DNA of 64,000 nt from positions 52,950,001-53,014,000 of the forward strand of contig OZ249436.1 of assembly GCA_965235115.1 (NCBI GenBank). The letters are read 5' to 3'. The notes below the pieces were generated by a model. That model made no database searches, was not told the DNA's origin, and saw only the letters and a list, made by a program, of their open reading frames with translations. Made by a program: the position numbers and the translations under genes. The stretch is from Laetmonice hystrix (taxonomy: Eukaryota). Below are positions 1 to 12,682 of the stretch, piece after piece. The first letter of the stretch is position 1; each line of letters opens with the position of its first letter.

Positions 1-1751
1 CTGCTGGTCAGTGAAGGTCTCTGACCCCGGTGTCAGTACCGGGATTTCGTTATTGCTTGATCATGTGCGCTCATTTATAATGTATCAAGTCAAGTCCGGC
101 CATGTGGTTAAACAGGCAGATAATGGATTATTTAAGGTCTGGGATGAAAATACTGAAGGTCAGGTACCGGTAGTCCTACACAATGGATGGTTGGTTTATC
201 GTTGAAAGTCTCAAAGTCAGAGACTATCTAAAGTTAGCCCCTTTAAGATCCCCCCTGCAGTGAGCGACCTAGCAGGTTTTACAGCTGTTCCAACACACTA
301 ATCATCTATTTACAAAGACAAAACAACTATGCACGAATAGCAGTGCTTTACGGTCTGGGTTCCCTTTCCACGCTGAAATGTTGATACAGAGGCGCGTGAA
401 GCCCCAAAGGCATGGCTGCCGGTTTTTCCCGTTTGTTTGGATGGGCACAATGGATGGGGGACGGGTAGTAGGTCCTCCCAAGTTGTCCTGACACGATCTA
501 ACCTCCCGGCTGCTGATCGGAGAAGACATATGCCCCCACGTGACTTCCATCCTTCCATCCTTCCACCAAGTACTAATTGGCTTATAGTCAGCTGCTAAGG
601 TACCACAGGCACTTCAATTACCAAATACATCAAACAAGGCCTTTGATCAACAGTGACGTGTGCTGGTGGTGGGAGTGCAGGATGGGGCTGTGTGGCTAGG
701 ACTGGGGACTGCAGGGAGGATAGGCCACGGGCAGAGGGACTCCAGACCCCTTCTGACCAGATAAATTAGGGCTACGGTCTGAAAGGCCCGACAATTCCAG
801 AGTATCCTACGATTCTCGCGGTTTGTGAACAAGAAAGTTATAAATACCATATAGTCTGCAGGCATGTCCTTACTACACTTACTACAAAATGATTGTGCGA
901 TGTCCGAGCGATTGGAAGTTTCAAAGATGGAAGCCGTTTATATCATAACTCGGCCGAGTCTTTCTAAAAAAATACTTCAAAAATGGTAAAGCAGATTCAA
1001 CAAGTTCCAAAATAGACAAAATAAACAAATTCTTTCAAAGGTTTCTACAAATATATTATATCAATCTTTTAATGCCTTAGCAATGACGTTGGAGGATCAT
1101 GGTCTATCCCAAACGAATTGTAAAACCAGGATAGAAATGAAAAGGAAAAGAGTCCTATAATGGGGTGAAAATACAAGACCGTACAAATCAAATGTTCTTG
1201 TGATGACTACGTACATGTATGTATTACCACCTCCCTGTTAGAAACAAAGTAGTACTTGATCATCAGCTTGAATGTACATGTATTACTGCATATATATAAA
1301 CGATCCTGTTTCACCATATTCCCACAGAAACCACACCATTCGTCAGTTTGGGTCCCATCTACACGACTGATCTATGATCTCTATATGATCGAGGAGAAAC
1401 TGACTGTATAGATTGTACATTCTCCGTCAAGGTTCCATGTAACATTCTGAATCATCCAAGGCCTACATTAGAAAGACAGTATGGCCATTATATAATAAAA
1501 GCAGGCAGCTGTCTGTTGACCGGCCATATTCATGGCAAGGCCACACAGGGGCGGCAACAACTGGCCTTGATGGGCCATTCGTGAAACACTTGATACGATT
1601 TATGCCACCATTATCTTCGACTAGTGTCAGAAACCACCGTGCAACTCCTGAATAATGCTACAGTTCCTAGTCCCGAATCTTTGATGATACTTCATTATTT
1701 AATGCTTGCCTTGGCCTCCTTAAACATGGTAAACGTTATATTTGCTCTAAC

Positions 1752-1787
1752 ATCTCATTTTTAAAGGCCCGTCTTTAAAAATGAGAT
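1752..1787. repeat. Perfect 15-bp inverted repeat (hairpin/cruciform)
   Basis: ATCTCATTTTTAAAG, 6-nt loop GCCCGT, CTTTAAAAATGAGAT. Confidence 0.8.
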
Positions 1788-1860
1788 ATAATTGATTTTA
1801 GAAATCCAGTACTAACAACCGGTAAATATTGTAAGACTTTCTCCTTTCACAAGAAAAACT

Positions 1861-1936
1861 CCAACCTGCGGCCTACATAGCTAACACCAACCTGCGGCCT
1901 ACATAGCTAACAACAACCTGCGGCCTACATAGCTAA
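1861..1936. repeat. Short tandem repeat, 26-bp unit, about 3 copies
   Basis: CCAACCTGCGGCCTACATAGCTAACA repeated about three times. Confidence 0.9.
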
Positions 1937-4814
1937 AAGATTACTGGACTATAAAACTGGTATCGCTCAGCACCTTTGACATCGCCACTATGAGCGCTAT
2001 ATAAGCCTGAGCTGTACTGTTAGACATCAATTCAGTCACTTCAACAACAGGAGACATATCTTTAATATGCATCCATCATTAAGAATTTCATTATCGCACC
2101 GATTTCCTGTGGGAAAGAGAGCATTATAATCAATGATATGCTCAATCCTAAAATGTTCTGGAGTAGAAGCAAAAATTTGGGGAGCACTAGTTCGACTACA
2201 TGGAAACGTTGAAGTTGGTGCTGAAGTAAAAACTTGCTCCATCGCAGATATATACTCCATTCCACTATAATCCCACAAATATTGTTGATGGTAAGTATTA
2301 TTATCTATATTTCACACATGTTTAGAGAAATCATATAATACATTATTGATCACCTAACATTCAATATTTATAACAGTAGTGAGGCCGCAAACCAGCTCTC
2401 TTCTGTATTTCACTCAAAACGAGCCGAGCTGTGACAGCTTTTCTTTTACTGTGCTATTGGCCTAACCGTGAGGAGATCTTCGTATTCTTTAACACAATTT
2501 GACCAAATCCTGTAGACAGGTATCTCTGCATGTCCTATTGGGCAGAGTGCGGTGTCTGTCTATATCCACCAAGTCATTTGTCCATGTTTTTTGGATGAAA
2601 AGATGGATGGCACAATTTCATTCATTAACAGAAGATTTCTTGTCATGATGATTCATCAATTGTGAATAGGGATGCCCTAAAATTTCAATGCAACATCCTC
2701 CTGTCTTTTCCACCAAGCGGGTTCTCGGTGTCCGCTGCAGCACCAGCTAGTGAAGTTCCTACCACCACCGTCCCTATCACCCTGGTATCTCTCGGATACT
2801 TTCTGTACAAGGACATGTCATGTCTGTTACCAGCGCGGTCCCTAGAGACGGACGGACGGCAAGCCCCAGTATCTGGTCCCCCCAGTATCCCCCACAATCC
2901 AAGTCTCGCCCCACGCGGGCTATCGCTACCGTCACACGTCTTCCTACCTCCCCTCCCCAGGCCAATGATCGACCAAAGCTGATGGCTCCACCGCAGTCCG
3001 ACAGAAAGCAGAAGGTATCTGGGTTACACATGTAACTTCTGCTGGCTGTGAAAGCCGACAGCAACGCCTCAATAGCCCTCAGCAAATCTTGCTTCGACAC
3101 TGAGACCGACTTGAAGAGACCGACTTAAATCCACCATCAATATTAATATCAGAAGGAATATCAGGTTCACATACTCCATCGTTAAAGGTTATTACTTTAT
3201 TTCAAAGCATTCTTATAGTGCCTTCTATGAAGCATATTTTTCAATATTTGAGTATGCTGAGTAACAATGAAGCATTGTTTTAAAGTGTTTTAGCACACGC
3301 CATTACGACATGAAACATCCGAGCCTTCCCTCCGACATGCAATATGGACACAGTCCGTGAGGAGAGGTTGAATGGTGTTAGGGTCAATGCTAAAGTAACA
3401 TGATCGAACATTGTGAGAAGTAGACGTTAATGGAACCTGGGGTATATATTACCAAGTGTTTACACGTGTGTTTGTACAAGGCTGCATACTCATATAACAT
3501 GTGTGCACTTCTCGTTAGTCTTCTAGGCCCTTTGGGGTTAAACATACTAAAATGGCGAATTAATCTCTATCTGGTCAAGGATCATGTTCCGTCACAGTCC
3601 GACACTGGTGAGGCACTGCCATAAAAAAAACAAATCATAAAGTTCAGTGACGTTCAAGGTTGCGACATAACAGGAAGATTCAGTCTCAGCCCTCCCAATT
3701 GCTTTCTGAAGTATAGAGGGAACGGAGCCGACGGCAAACCTTCATTACAGGCAGACCTCAGGGCCCTGATGCATTTAGATACACCGATATATCAATGAAG
3801 GGGCCTTATAATCGGTCAGTGCCAAGGACCCGGGATCCTGGCGACCACAGACATGATCATGCGATATATCACAAGGGAGTCTAGATCACCAACGAGAATG
3901 ATCAGATAGATCAGTGATCTCTACCAGGATCCTGGTCGCCGACCGAACGTCTGGGCGGCGTAAGCCCGGCTTCAAACCACAGAATAGGTCCCCACGACCT
4001 TGCCGATTCATGTTTGAACCAGAGTTAAGACTGATAACTTAGGGAGAAAGAACGTTGGTATCTTACAATCTTTCTATGACAAACATTTACATCAACTTTT
4101 ATAAAGTAGTTGAAGTCAGAAATGATAAATACACAAAAGACTTCATGTCTGGATCCATGCTAAAGTTCTCATGATATATCTTCCAATGTTTCTATAATGT
4201 CATCTCTTGAGTATGACAGATTTCCGAAGCGGGCTCCCTAGCAATGTTTTCCTAATGTGTTGGTCTGACAGGGGCGTCGGTGGGACGAGATGTTGGCAGT
4301 GGGGCGGCGATGGTCTGATGACTTCTCCTACCGTGTCCTGATCCACAATTCATCCTCCGTTGTGACAATGTGCCAGCAGACCTAACCGGAGGTTACCCAG
4401 GGCAGGCCAATTCTCACTCTGCCAACCACTACTGATTGGACCAGTCATCCTGAACCACCAGTCGCTAGATCTATATCCCACGTGACCACTGCTTGCCTGG
4501 GTGGCGGCACTACGGACAAAACACATTGCATGGCAGGATTTTTATTTCAACAAGGCGTCAGGTGCACACATATCAAAGACCACAAAAAACACATTGTATC
4601 TTAGAGCGGTACCTTTTGCGGAATAAGAAAAATGTAAAATTAATCTCTAAGGAGTAATCTTCCAGACAGATACTAACGAGGGATAGACTCTTCAGTTGAA
4701 GGAGATTTATGTTGATACACTGAGTGGTGGTGGTGGCGATTGGTTTGCAGCCTGTCGGCAATCTTCAGGGCGACAAGGCTTTCATTTCGTCAGTCTGATG
4801 ATGCTGATGATACA

Positions 4815-5130
4815 GGAAGAAACCCGTACACTGGGACAATGCCCTACTGCTACTCATTTCTATAAGTGGCACACGTTCTTTTCACTGGCGGCTCCAGGAT
4901 TTTACGGGGGGGGGGGGGGGCGCACAGGAAAACAATTCATGATTGTTTGCATTAAAATTTTACTAAAGCTCTTACAACCATTTGTTTCAATATGCCCACT
5001 CATGATGTGGAATTAGGGAAACTAAAGGGGTCACATACCCCTTGTGCGCCTGGATCCACCTATGCTTTTACGCGCAATATTTCACAGAAACATTTGTTAC
5101 ATGACTGGCCTTTTTGAAACCCCAGTCAGG
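4815..5130 (-). mobile_element. SINE remnant (Meta-domain-like central region) interrupted by a MITE
   Basis: With 4883-5069 removed, the + strand reads GCCCTAC..TCATTTCTATAAGTGGCACACGTTCTTTTACGCGC...ACATGACTGGCCTTTTTGAAACCCCAGTC, the reverse complement of a GACTGG..AAAGGCC...TAAAAGA..GTAG-type SINE core. A related segment lies at about 27945-28060. The family call is from recalled consensus, not a database search. Confidence 0.5.
4883..5064. mobile_element. MITE with CA..GGCGGATCCAGG-type TIRs and a 5-bp TSD (CTTTT)
   Basis: Left end CACTGGCGGCTCCAGG, right end CCTGGATCCACCTATG; CTTTT at both 4878-4882 and 5065-5069; internal poly-G. Confidence 0.7.
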
Positions 5131-6110
5131 GGCGAATTCTTTTACATGCAGCGCAGTGAGTGGATAAACGATTACATGTAGTTGGTTACTTTACGCCCTG
5201 ACAACACCTATTAGCCATCTTCCGGGCGAGAACAGACTTGCAATTAGTCCATTTATGGTGGGGTGGTTGAGTTGGGTGTTTTGCACCCTGTTGCCAGTAT
5301 TTTACCCACATTCAGGGTGAGAATAACGATTTCAATACGTGTATAGTCATGGGACTGATTTTACCCTTACGTACCAGTGGTTTCATGATAAAGATGAAGG
5401 GAGAAAGAAACCAGCCACCTGCGATTATTATGCTTAACGGCCTTTCCTCTCACCTTCAACCTGCTGGCTTTGACCTGCCCTGCAGCAGTGCAGCAACGAT
5501 CAGCTTTGTGGCGGGCTTACTACCCCAGCTCTAACCAAGCTTCACACTGCGCCCAGCCAAACCACACGATGGAATAGTCCACTCTCAATATGATCCCATC
5601 TAGACTCTACCTAGAAACTGGCTCGTTCACTCCACTAATCGTATATTTCTATCTGATTTCAAGGCAGACAGCTAGAGCCCTTATCTTAAGGAGAGAAAAA
5701 GCCTAATTAAGCTAAGTAGTCTCTGGCAGCAGGCTCCAATGAAAACATCTAATGAAGTTTTGATCATGATCGTTCTGTTCTATATAAAACCAGGCAGTAG
5801 ATATTTCTGAGGCTAGGCAAAAGAACCTTTTGATAATTACATCACAATCTAGTTAGCTGGATGTCATCCATCACCTGATATTGGTGCTTGCTTGGATCCA
5901 AATCTGCTGCAGTTGCATCTAGAGTAGCACTTTCTAAGTCCGATGAAAAGGAAAGCCAGTAATGCACCTCGTCGATTTACAAACCTTTGAGTGGGAGTAA
6001 ACAGAGATTAATCGCCATGTTGGCAAATAAGGACATCTTCAGGGCGAAAACAAGGTGTGAACATTACGAACTTCGAAGTCACCCTTGAACTGTGACAGTG
6101 TGCGGTTCGT

Positions 6111-6169
6111 GATCCCCTCACTGTCGTAAGATCCCCTCACTGTCGTAAGATTCCCTCACTGTCGTAAGA
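6111..6169. repeat. Short tandem repeat, 19-bp unit, 3 copies
   Basis: GATCCCCTCACTGTCGTAA three times, one substitution. Confidence 0.9.
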
Positions 6170-6634
6170 ATGCACACACTATCCAGCAGAGGTGAAGGTA
6201 TTCACATTAGCACATTGATCTAACATTTAAATAAAAGCTACTTCCACCCGGAAGCCTATTATAGCATCGGTGGCTCTGCAGTCCAAGGTTCGGGCTCGCG
6301 ATCACAGGACCTCGCACTGGGCTCTCTGTTCTATCTAACGATAAAGTCAGGCACCTTGAACAGGCGCCTCATGGCCTACGTGGGACCGTCATGAAATAGG
6401 GCTGGTCGTCTAGCAGGCAGGGACTTATAGTTTGACAAACATTTTTGTATTGATTATCACTAGTCGGTGCTGACGAAAGTGACAGCCAAAGACAGCTAAC
6501 CCTCATCCTGTCCTAAATGTGTTATTGCTCTGAATTAACTCAATGCACGTAAATTGCGACGATCAGTTCGTACACTAATACTAATAGTGAAGAGTGCCAG
6601 GTGGCGCTCCAGTTGGTTCAGTGGTTTTGACAAC

Positions 6635-6653
6635 AGATGGCGCCACCTAGTGG
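6635..6653 (-). promoter_or_regulatory. Candidate CTCF-binding site within a GGCGCC-centred dyad
   Basis: The reverse complement of 6640-6653 is CCACTAGGTGGCGC, which matches the CTCF core consensus; it overlaps + strand CAACAGATGGCGCC. Confidence 0.45.
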
Positions 6654-6903
6654 CTGCTACTGGGCACGTCAGTTTCGAAATTTGACTCCAATCTGATACC
6701 GCAGAGAGCCAGATACCTTTGCAACATTTCGAAACCTTCCAAATCCTGGGTATCCCCCAGTGGCATGTGACCGAGGAGGCATTCCTATCCAATAAAGCAT
6801 ATTGGAAATCCAACGAGTCCTCCAGGTCTTCAGACATTCAGCGACTCGATCCTTATCACATAAACTTTCAGTGATGGGACGCCCTGTCCCATGAGAGTTC
6901 AGC

Positions 6904-8625
6904 CATGGGGACTGTATCCCCGGTCCCAGGGGAGTGATCAGTCATGGGACCTACTGTATCCCCGTCCCAGGGGATGATCAGTCATGGGACCTACTGTATC
7001 CCCGTCCCAGGGGATGATCAGTCATGGGACCTACTGTATCCCCGTCCCAGGGGATGATCAGTCATGGGACCTACTGTATCCCCGTCCCAGGGGAGTGATC
7101 AGTCATGGGACCTACTGTATCCCCGTCCCAGGGGAGTGATCAGTCATGGGACCTACTGTATCCCCGTCCCAGGGGATGGTCAGTCATGGGACCTACTGTA
7201 TCCCCGGTCCCAGGGGATGGTCAGTCGGAGGACTTTATTGTATGTATCCCTGTCTCGGGGGGGGGGGGGGGTGATCACTCATGGGACATACAGTACTGTA
7301 TCCCCGGTCCCAGGGGATGATCAGTCACAGGACCTAACTGTATCCCCGTCCCAGGGGATGATCAGTCACAGGACCTAACTGTATCCCCGTCCCAGGGGAT
7401 GATCAGTCACAGGACCTAACTGTATCCGCGTCCCAGAGGATGATCAGTCACAGGACCTTCTGTATCCCCGTCCCACAGGATGATCAGTCAGAGGACCTAA
7501 CTGTATCCCCGTCCCACGGGATGATCAGTCACAGGACCTAACTGTATCCCCGCCCCAGAGGATGATCAGTCAGTACTATCACAGGACCTAACTGTTTCCT
7601 TATGCCAGGGGATGATCAGTCAGTCACAGGACCTATACCCCGGTAACTGTATCCCCGCCCTGGGGGATTAGTCATGGGACATACTGTATCCCTGGTAGGG
7701 GGCAGTGATCAGTCACGGGACCTAACTATATCCCCGTCCCAGGGGATGATCAGTCACAGGACGTAACTGTATCCCCGTCCCAGGGGATGATCAGTCACAG
7801 GACCTAACTGTATCCCCGTCCCAGGGGATGATCAGTCACAGGACCTATAACTGTATCCCCGCCCGGGGATGATTAGTCATGGGACCTACTGTATCCCTGG
7901 TAGGGGGCAGTGATCAGTCACAGGACCTAACTGTATCCCCAGTCCCAGGGGATGATCAGTCACAGGACCTATAACTGTATCCCTGGTAGGGGGCAGTGAT
8001 CAGTCACAGGACCTAACTGTATCCCCGTCCCAGGGGATGATTAGTCATGGGACCTACTGTATCCCTGGTAGGGGGCAGTGATCAGTCACAGGACCTAACT
8101 GTATCCCCGTCCCAGGGGATGATTAGTCATGGGACCTACTGTATCCCTGGTAGGGGGCAGTGATCAGTCACAGGACCTAACTGTATCCCCGTCCCAGGGG
8201 ATGATTAGTCATGGGACCTACTGTATCCCTGGTAGGGGGCAGTGATCAGTCACAGGACCTAACTGTATCCCCGTCCCAGGGGATGATTAGTCATGGGACC
8301 TACTGTACCCCTGCTGGTAGGGGGCAGTGATCAGTCACAGGACCTAACTGTATCCCCGTCCCAGGGGATGATCAGTCAGTGAGTCACAGGACCTAACTGT
8401 ATCCCCGTCCCAGGGGATGATCAGTCAGTCAGTCACAGGACCTATAACTGTATCCCCGCCCTAGGGGATGATTAGTCATGGGACCTACTGTACCCCTGCT
8501 GGTAGGGGGCAGTGATCAGTCACAGGACCTAACTGTATCCCAGGGGATGATCAGTCACAGGACCTAACTGTATCCCCAGTCCCAGGGGGGTGATCAATCA
8601 TGGGATCTGCTATTGTATTCCCGAT
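6904..8625. repeat. Minisatellite, 40-42-bp unit, about 42 copies, with an 82-bp higher-order dimer in the distal part
   Basis: Unit GATCAGTCATGGGACCTACTGTATCCCCGTCCCAGGGGAT; the GATTAG variant recurs at 8039, 8121, 8203 and 8285 (period 82). Confidence 0.97.
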
Positions 8626-9270
8626 CATCGCGCACGTGGTTCCGTTTCTTACATCAGATGGCGCCACTGTGCAGCCAGAAGACTTTTTACTGAGCTGCTG
8701 AAGTACACGTACAACGTTTCAGGGAAGTGCTCCAACAGGTCCTGTGAAACCTAAATTTCCAGAAGACAAGTTCCTAATATTCTAAGATACTCTCGGAGAA
8801 ATTTCCAAGCACATCGGAGAACGCTCTGCTGGAAATGGTTCATAGCAACCATACAAAAGACCTTTTTAACACTTTTTAAGACCAGCCGCAGACAAAATTT
8901 AAGACCTATGTTTCTTAGAAACATAGAGGTGTGGCACATTTATTATATCTGACATTCTTTTTGCAATCTTTGTGGTTCAGTATTTAAGCAGCCAAATTTT
9001 TTCTCTGTTCAAATAAGTTTCTCGGAACTGCCTGGTAGACTACCTCTGCAGAAGCTGGAAAATAACGAGCAATCTGATTGGCTGAAATTGCACTGCATAG
9101 AAATTCAAATCTCACAAACGTGTGGGAATCTAGTATACAGATTCTACATGAAATCGCCTGTCAGAAACACGTGGAACTGAGATGGGGGGGGGGGGTAAAG
9201 TGTTGGGATTTCGGCCTTAAAGTTAATTCAGACGTTCACTTGTAGGAGTGGCATTAAATACTGGAATGCA

Positions 9271-9478
9271 CATGCCTTGTCATAAGAAAATCGCTTGAGA
9301 GCAATTATCACGCTCCTGGAATGGCTCAGGAGAGCCACTCACGGCACTGGAGTGCTGACTGACCCAGTTTTCTCTTTCATACAGACATTGGGGGAGCGTG
9401 ATTATCGCTCTCCCCAATCCTAAATCAGGAGCGTGATGGAGCGCGAGAGCGATCGCGCTCCTCTCCTGACAAGGCCTC
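9271..9478. mobile_element. MITE with about 12-bp TIRs and a 6-bp TSD (AATGCA)
   Basis: CATGCCTTGTCA ... TGACAAGGCCTC; AATGCA at 9265-9270 and 9479-9484; internal inverted ATCACGCTCC/GGAGCGTGAT motifs. Confidence 0.65.
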
Positions 9479-10110
9479 AATGCAATTTTAAAATTAGGTG
9501 AAATGAATGTTTAAGTAAAAGTGTGTTATTATGATGCTCGGGATCCTTCGTCATAAGTTTCCACATCATTACCACAGAGTTGTTTTCAACCCATGCGGTT
9601 GTCGCTAAAGTGGCAACGGTGGCGCCACCTACAAATGGCCGGATTACCTGATTCCAGGCAAGCCAGAAACTCCCCTGGGTACACCCTTGAATCAATGTGG
9701 TAACACTGGTTTACAGGGCCCCACTTGATCAGAGGGGAAATTATGTCAATACACCATGTACAGTTTGGACGGACCGTAGCTTAGTACCCGATCTCACCAC
9801 CAGGATACCCCCGTCTCTTTGTCCACAGGTGGCGCCATCTCACCTTTTCTCCAACTATAATCGTAGACATTTATTCAAGGCTCGAATTTCATTCTATTTC
9901 GTATGCTTAGAGTTAGAGTGAGTAGTTTATTCCATGCCTATGGATTTCTGTACCGTACCTACAGGTATCACGGCTGTGTCTGAAATAAAGTACTATTATA
10001 TTAGGAATTGAATGGACGTGTCGACGTTGGACGTCTGTCTTCGACTTCAGTTCAGTTCAGTTCAGACTCAATCACTTCACTTGCTACGAATTGCTACGAA
10101 AGCGACTCAC

Positions 10111-10206
10111 CGTCCATTCCTGACCAATGCCGAAGTTGTTGGAGTAGGAGGGGTTCTTATACCTGAGTTGGTCCGCCTGGGCACCACCGGCAACACACAG
10201 GCCCAT
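10111..10206 (-). CDS. Putative first coding segment of an unidentified spliced gene (MGLCVAGGAQADQLRYKNPSYSNNFGIGQEWT), within exon 10111-10369
   Basis: Consensus donor ACG|GTGAGT at 10111/10110 and acceptor TTCCCACAG at 10370-10378; 32 codons ending in phase 0 with mostly C/G third positions. An alternative frame (MLEHESGH...) is also open to the donor. No recognised homology. Confidence 0.4.
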
Positions 10207-10817
10207 GTGCAGGCCCCACGGCGGGCCACGCTGTCCGAGCGAGATGCCCACGATGTCCCGTGCGACTGCGAGTGTCCACTCTCGTGTTCCAGCATCACTT
10301 GTTAGGGCGTCCACAGTCCAAAACGGCACATTCTATCATGACAGTTTGTCTGCTGGCTCCCTCAGCATTCTGTGGGAACTATAATGCATATTTTGCTACT
10401 ACAAATACAGCTAAATGATTTAAATTGGGGAGTACAAAAGTATATCATTTCCCCAGTTGCTGTCTGCTTATCGACTGTCTGTTCGTCGGTCATGAGTGAA
10501 GGCCGCCAAAATCATCGAAAAGACAAGGCAAACTCCAAGCAGGCCTTCCGGTTTCGTTACGTTGGTCAACTGTGTGAAGCGTGGTGCCCGGTGGCCGTTC
10601 AATAAAATTTGTGACATTTGTTTAGAATAAATTAAAAGGTGGTAGCAGGTTGAAAACAAGGCATATTTTTTATGATATAAGTGGTCGGGTTTTAGCCTGG
10701 TCACAGCGCCTAGCGGACGTCCCTGTTTGGCAGGGGACCAGTCCGGTATAAGCTGCAACGGCACCTACCGACTAAGATGGAACTAATCTTGACTTGCCAC
10801 AGGGTGGCAGCACTTAC

Positions 10818-10845
10818 CTCAGGGAGCGCTAAGACAGTACTGTTG
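10818..10845 (-). other. Putative 28-nt non-coding (5'-UTR) micro-exon
   Basis: Minus strand reads TTTTCTTGTTCAG|CAACAGTACTGTCTTAGCGCTCCCTGAG|GTAAGT, with near-perfect acceptor and donor; all three frames hit stops when spliced to the next exon. Confidence 0.5.
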
Positions 10846-12682
10846 CTGAACAAGAAAATTAATGTGGGCGTTAAACTTTCCTGTTAATGTAAGAAAAATT
10901 ATAGGTACCTAGGCCCCTAGTTCTAGGCCTATATCCTAATAATCCAGACAAGTGAGATATCAACATTTTGGCCTAATATTTTATGTGGCTACCCTGGCTT
11001 GAGCCTGTGGTCATTTTTTTCTAGTGGTCGGTGGTAGTTGGGTTTTGATTTTCAATGGGCGTGCGTTCGTCCAAAGTCCAAATTAAGGTGCAGCAAACGT
11101 CCAAATGGGGGGGGGGGGGGGGCTGCAGAATGACATTGCTGCCTCCCCCCCCCCCCAAACAGCCCCCTCCGCCCCAGCTTCATGCGCCACTGAAATAGGC
11201 CTCTGCATAGGAGTTGAAGGAGGACAGCGGAGACATAGGCCTATAGGCCTAATAGGTTCCACTCATTCCATTCCATTTTTGAACTAGATCTACTTTCCCT
11301 TCCTATCGATCGAATCTCCGCCCCAACCCTAATCTATGTAACATAGGCCTAGTTAGACAATTAAGTCAACTATTACGGGATCAGATCAAACAAGGCAATT
11401 CACACAAAAAACCGCCATATCTCCCCTGCCCCAACAAGAACTATAGATTCTAGGCCTAGGCCTACTTAAGGCGCCAGTTAGGCCTAGGGCCTATAGATGC
11501 ACGGTTTGTCGGGAAAAGTTGCCAATATCATTACATTGGCGCCATTATAGTGTGTGCTCAAAACAATCGGTAAATCGTCCAACCACGAAGGATCGATTTC
11601 CGTGCCGGAGATCTGCAATGGATTATCTTTCTGTCACGCTGCCGTTCGCTAATCCAGTTTTAATGATCCGATAGTGCGTTATCCTTCTGTTTTAAACCTT
11701 ACCATAATTGGCCTACCAACATGGCCAACGAACGCATCGATGTTCATTACGGGCGTATTAAACGCCCTTGGTGAGAAAAGCATACGTCTGGCCCGGCGTT
11801 GCTCGCCTGATTGCCGTTACTGTCAGGGGCCGATTTGCATCCGTTTTCGCGCGCGTCCCCCAGGAAAGCTGGATTAGAAGGAATGGTTGACAGAGGTGAA
11901 TTTAATAGCGGTAGCGGTACCCGGAACGATAGATTTATGGCAGGGCGGTGGCTTTGGGGAATTATGGTAAGATTGTTCGCTATTGTGGATGCATAAATTC
12001 GGCCATGTATATATCGTGTGAATATTTCCGCTAATATCAAATGGAACACTGTCGTCTCAACTGGGAATTGTCTCTTAATTCAATGCGACGTTTCCAGAAG
12101 TTTGTCACAGAGGGTCATGTCATTATGCAACCGTTTGGATAGTGTACCATGTCTTCGACAGCGTGTTCGATGAAGTTAAAGGGGTTGTTTCACGGATTTC
12201 AAGTCATAGGCCTACGTGGCGTTTCACACACAAAAAAATATGTCTGCATTGCGGTTCTCCGATATGATCCAAAGCTCCCCTATCTGTGTGGACTTGGCGA
12301 ATGAGACATTCCCTCGACAATTAAAAGAGTGGTATGTGGTTTGTTTGGTATAGGTCTACATTTCGCTTAAATTGCCACTGGTTATCGCATTGAAAAGAGA
12401 ATTTCCTATACTGTTCTAATGGTATTTCGTTCCGAAGAAGACATTCCATGAACCATGTGACCACATGTTCAAAGCTACATGACCAGTGGCGAATCGGAGA
12501 AGAGAACTCTTATTGCTTGGTTGAAAGCCAGCAATTTCGTAACTCTCTCGCTAGAACTTTGAAAAATACAGAAGAGACAAAAGCAAACAGTCCAACAATT
12601 GACACTAATCGGACAGGGGCCGTTCAAGTCAGCAGTTTTGAACTTTATTAGAAAGGAAAATAAAGTTTCAAAGTAATAGAAG

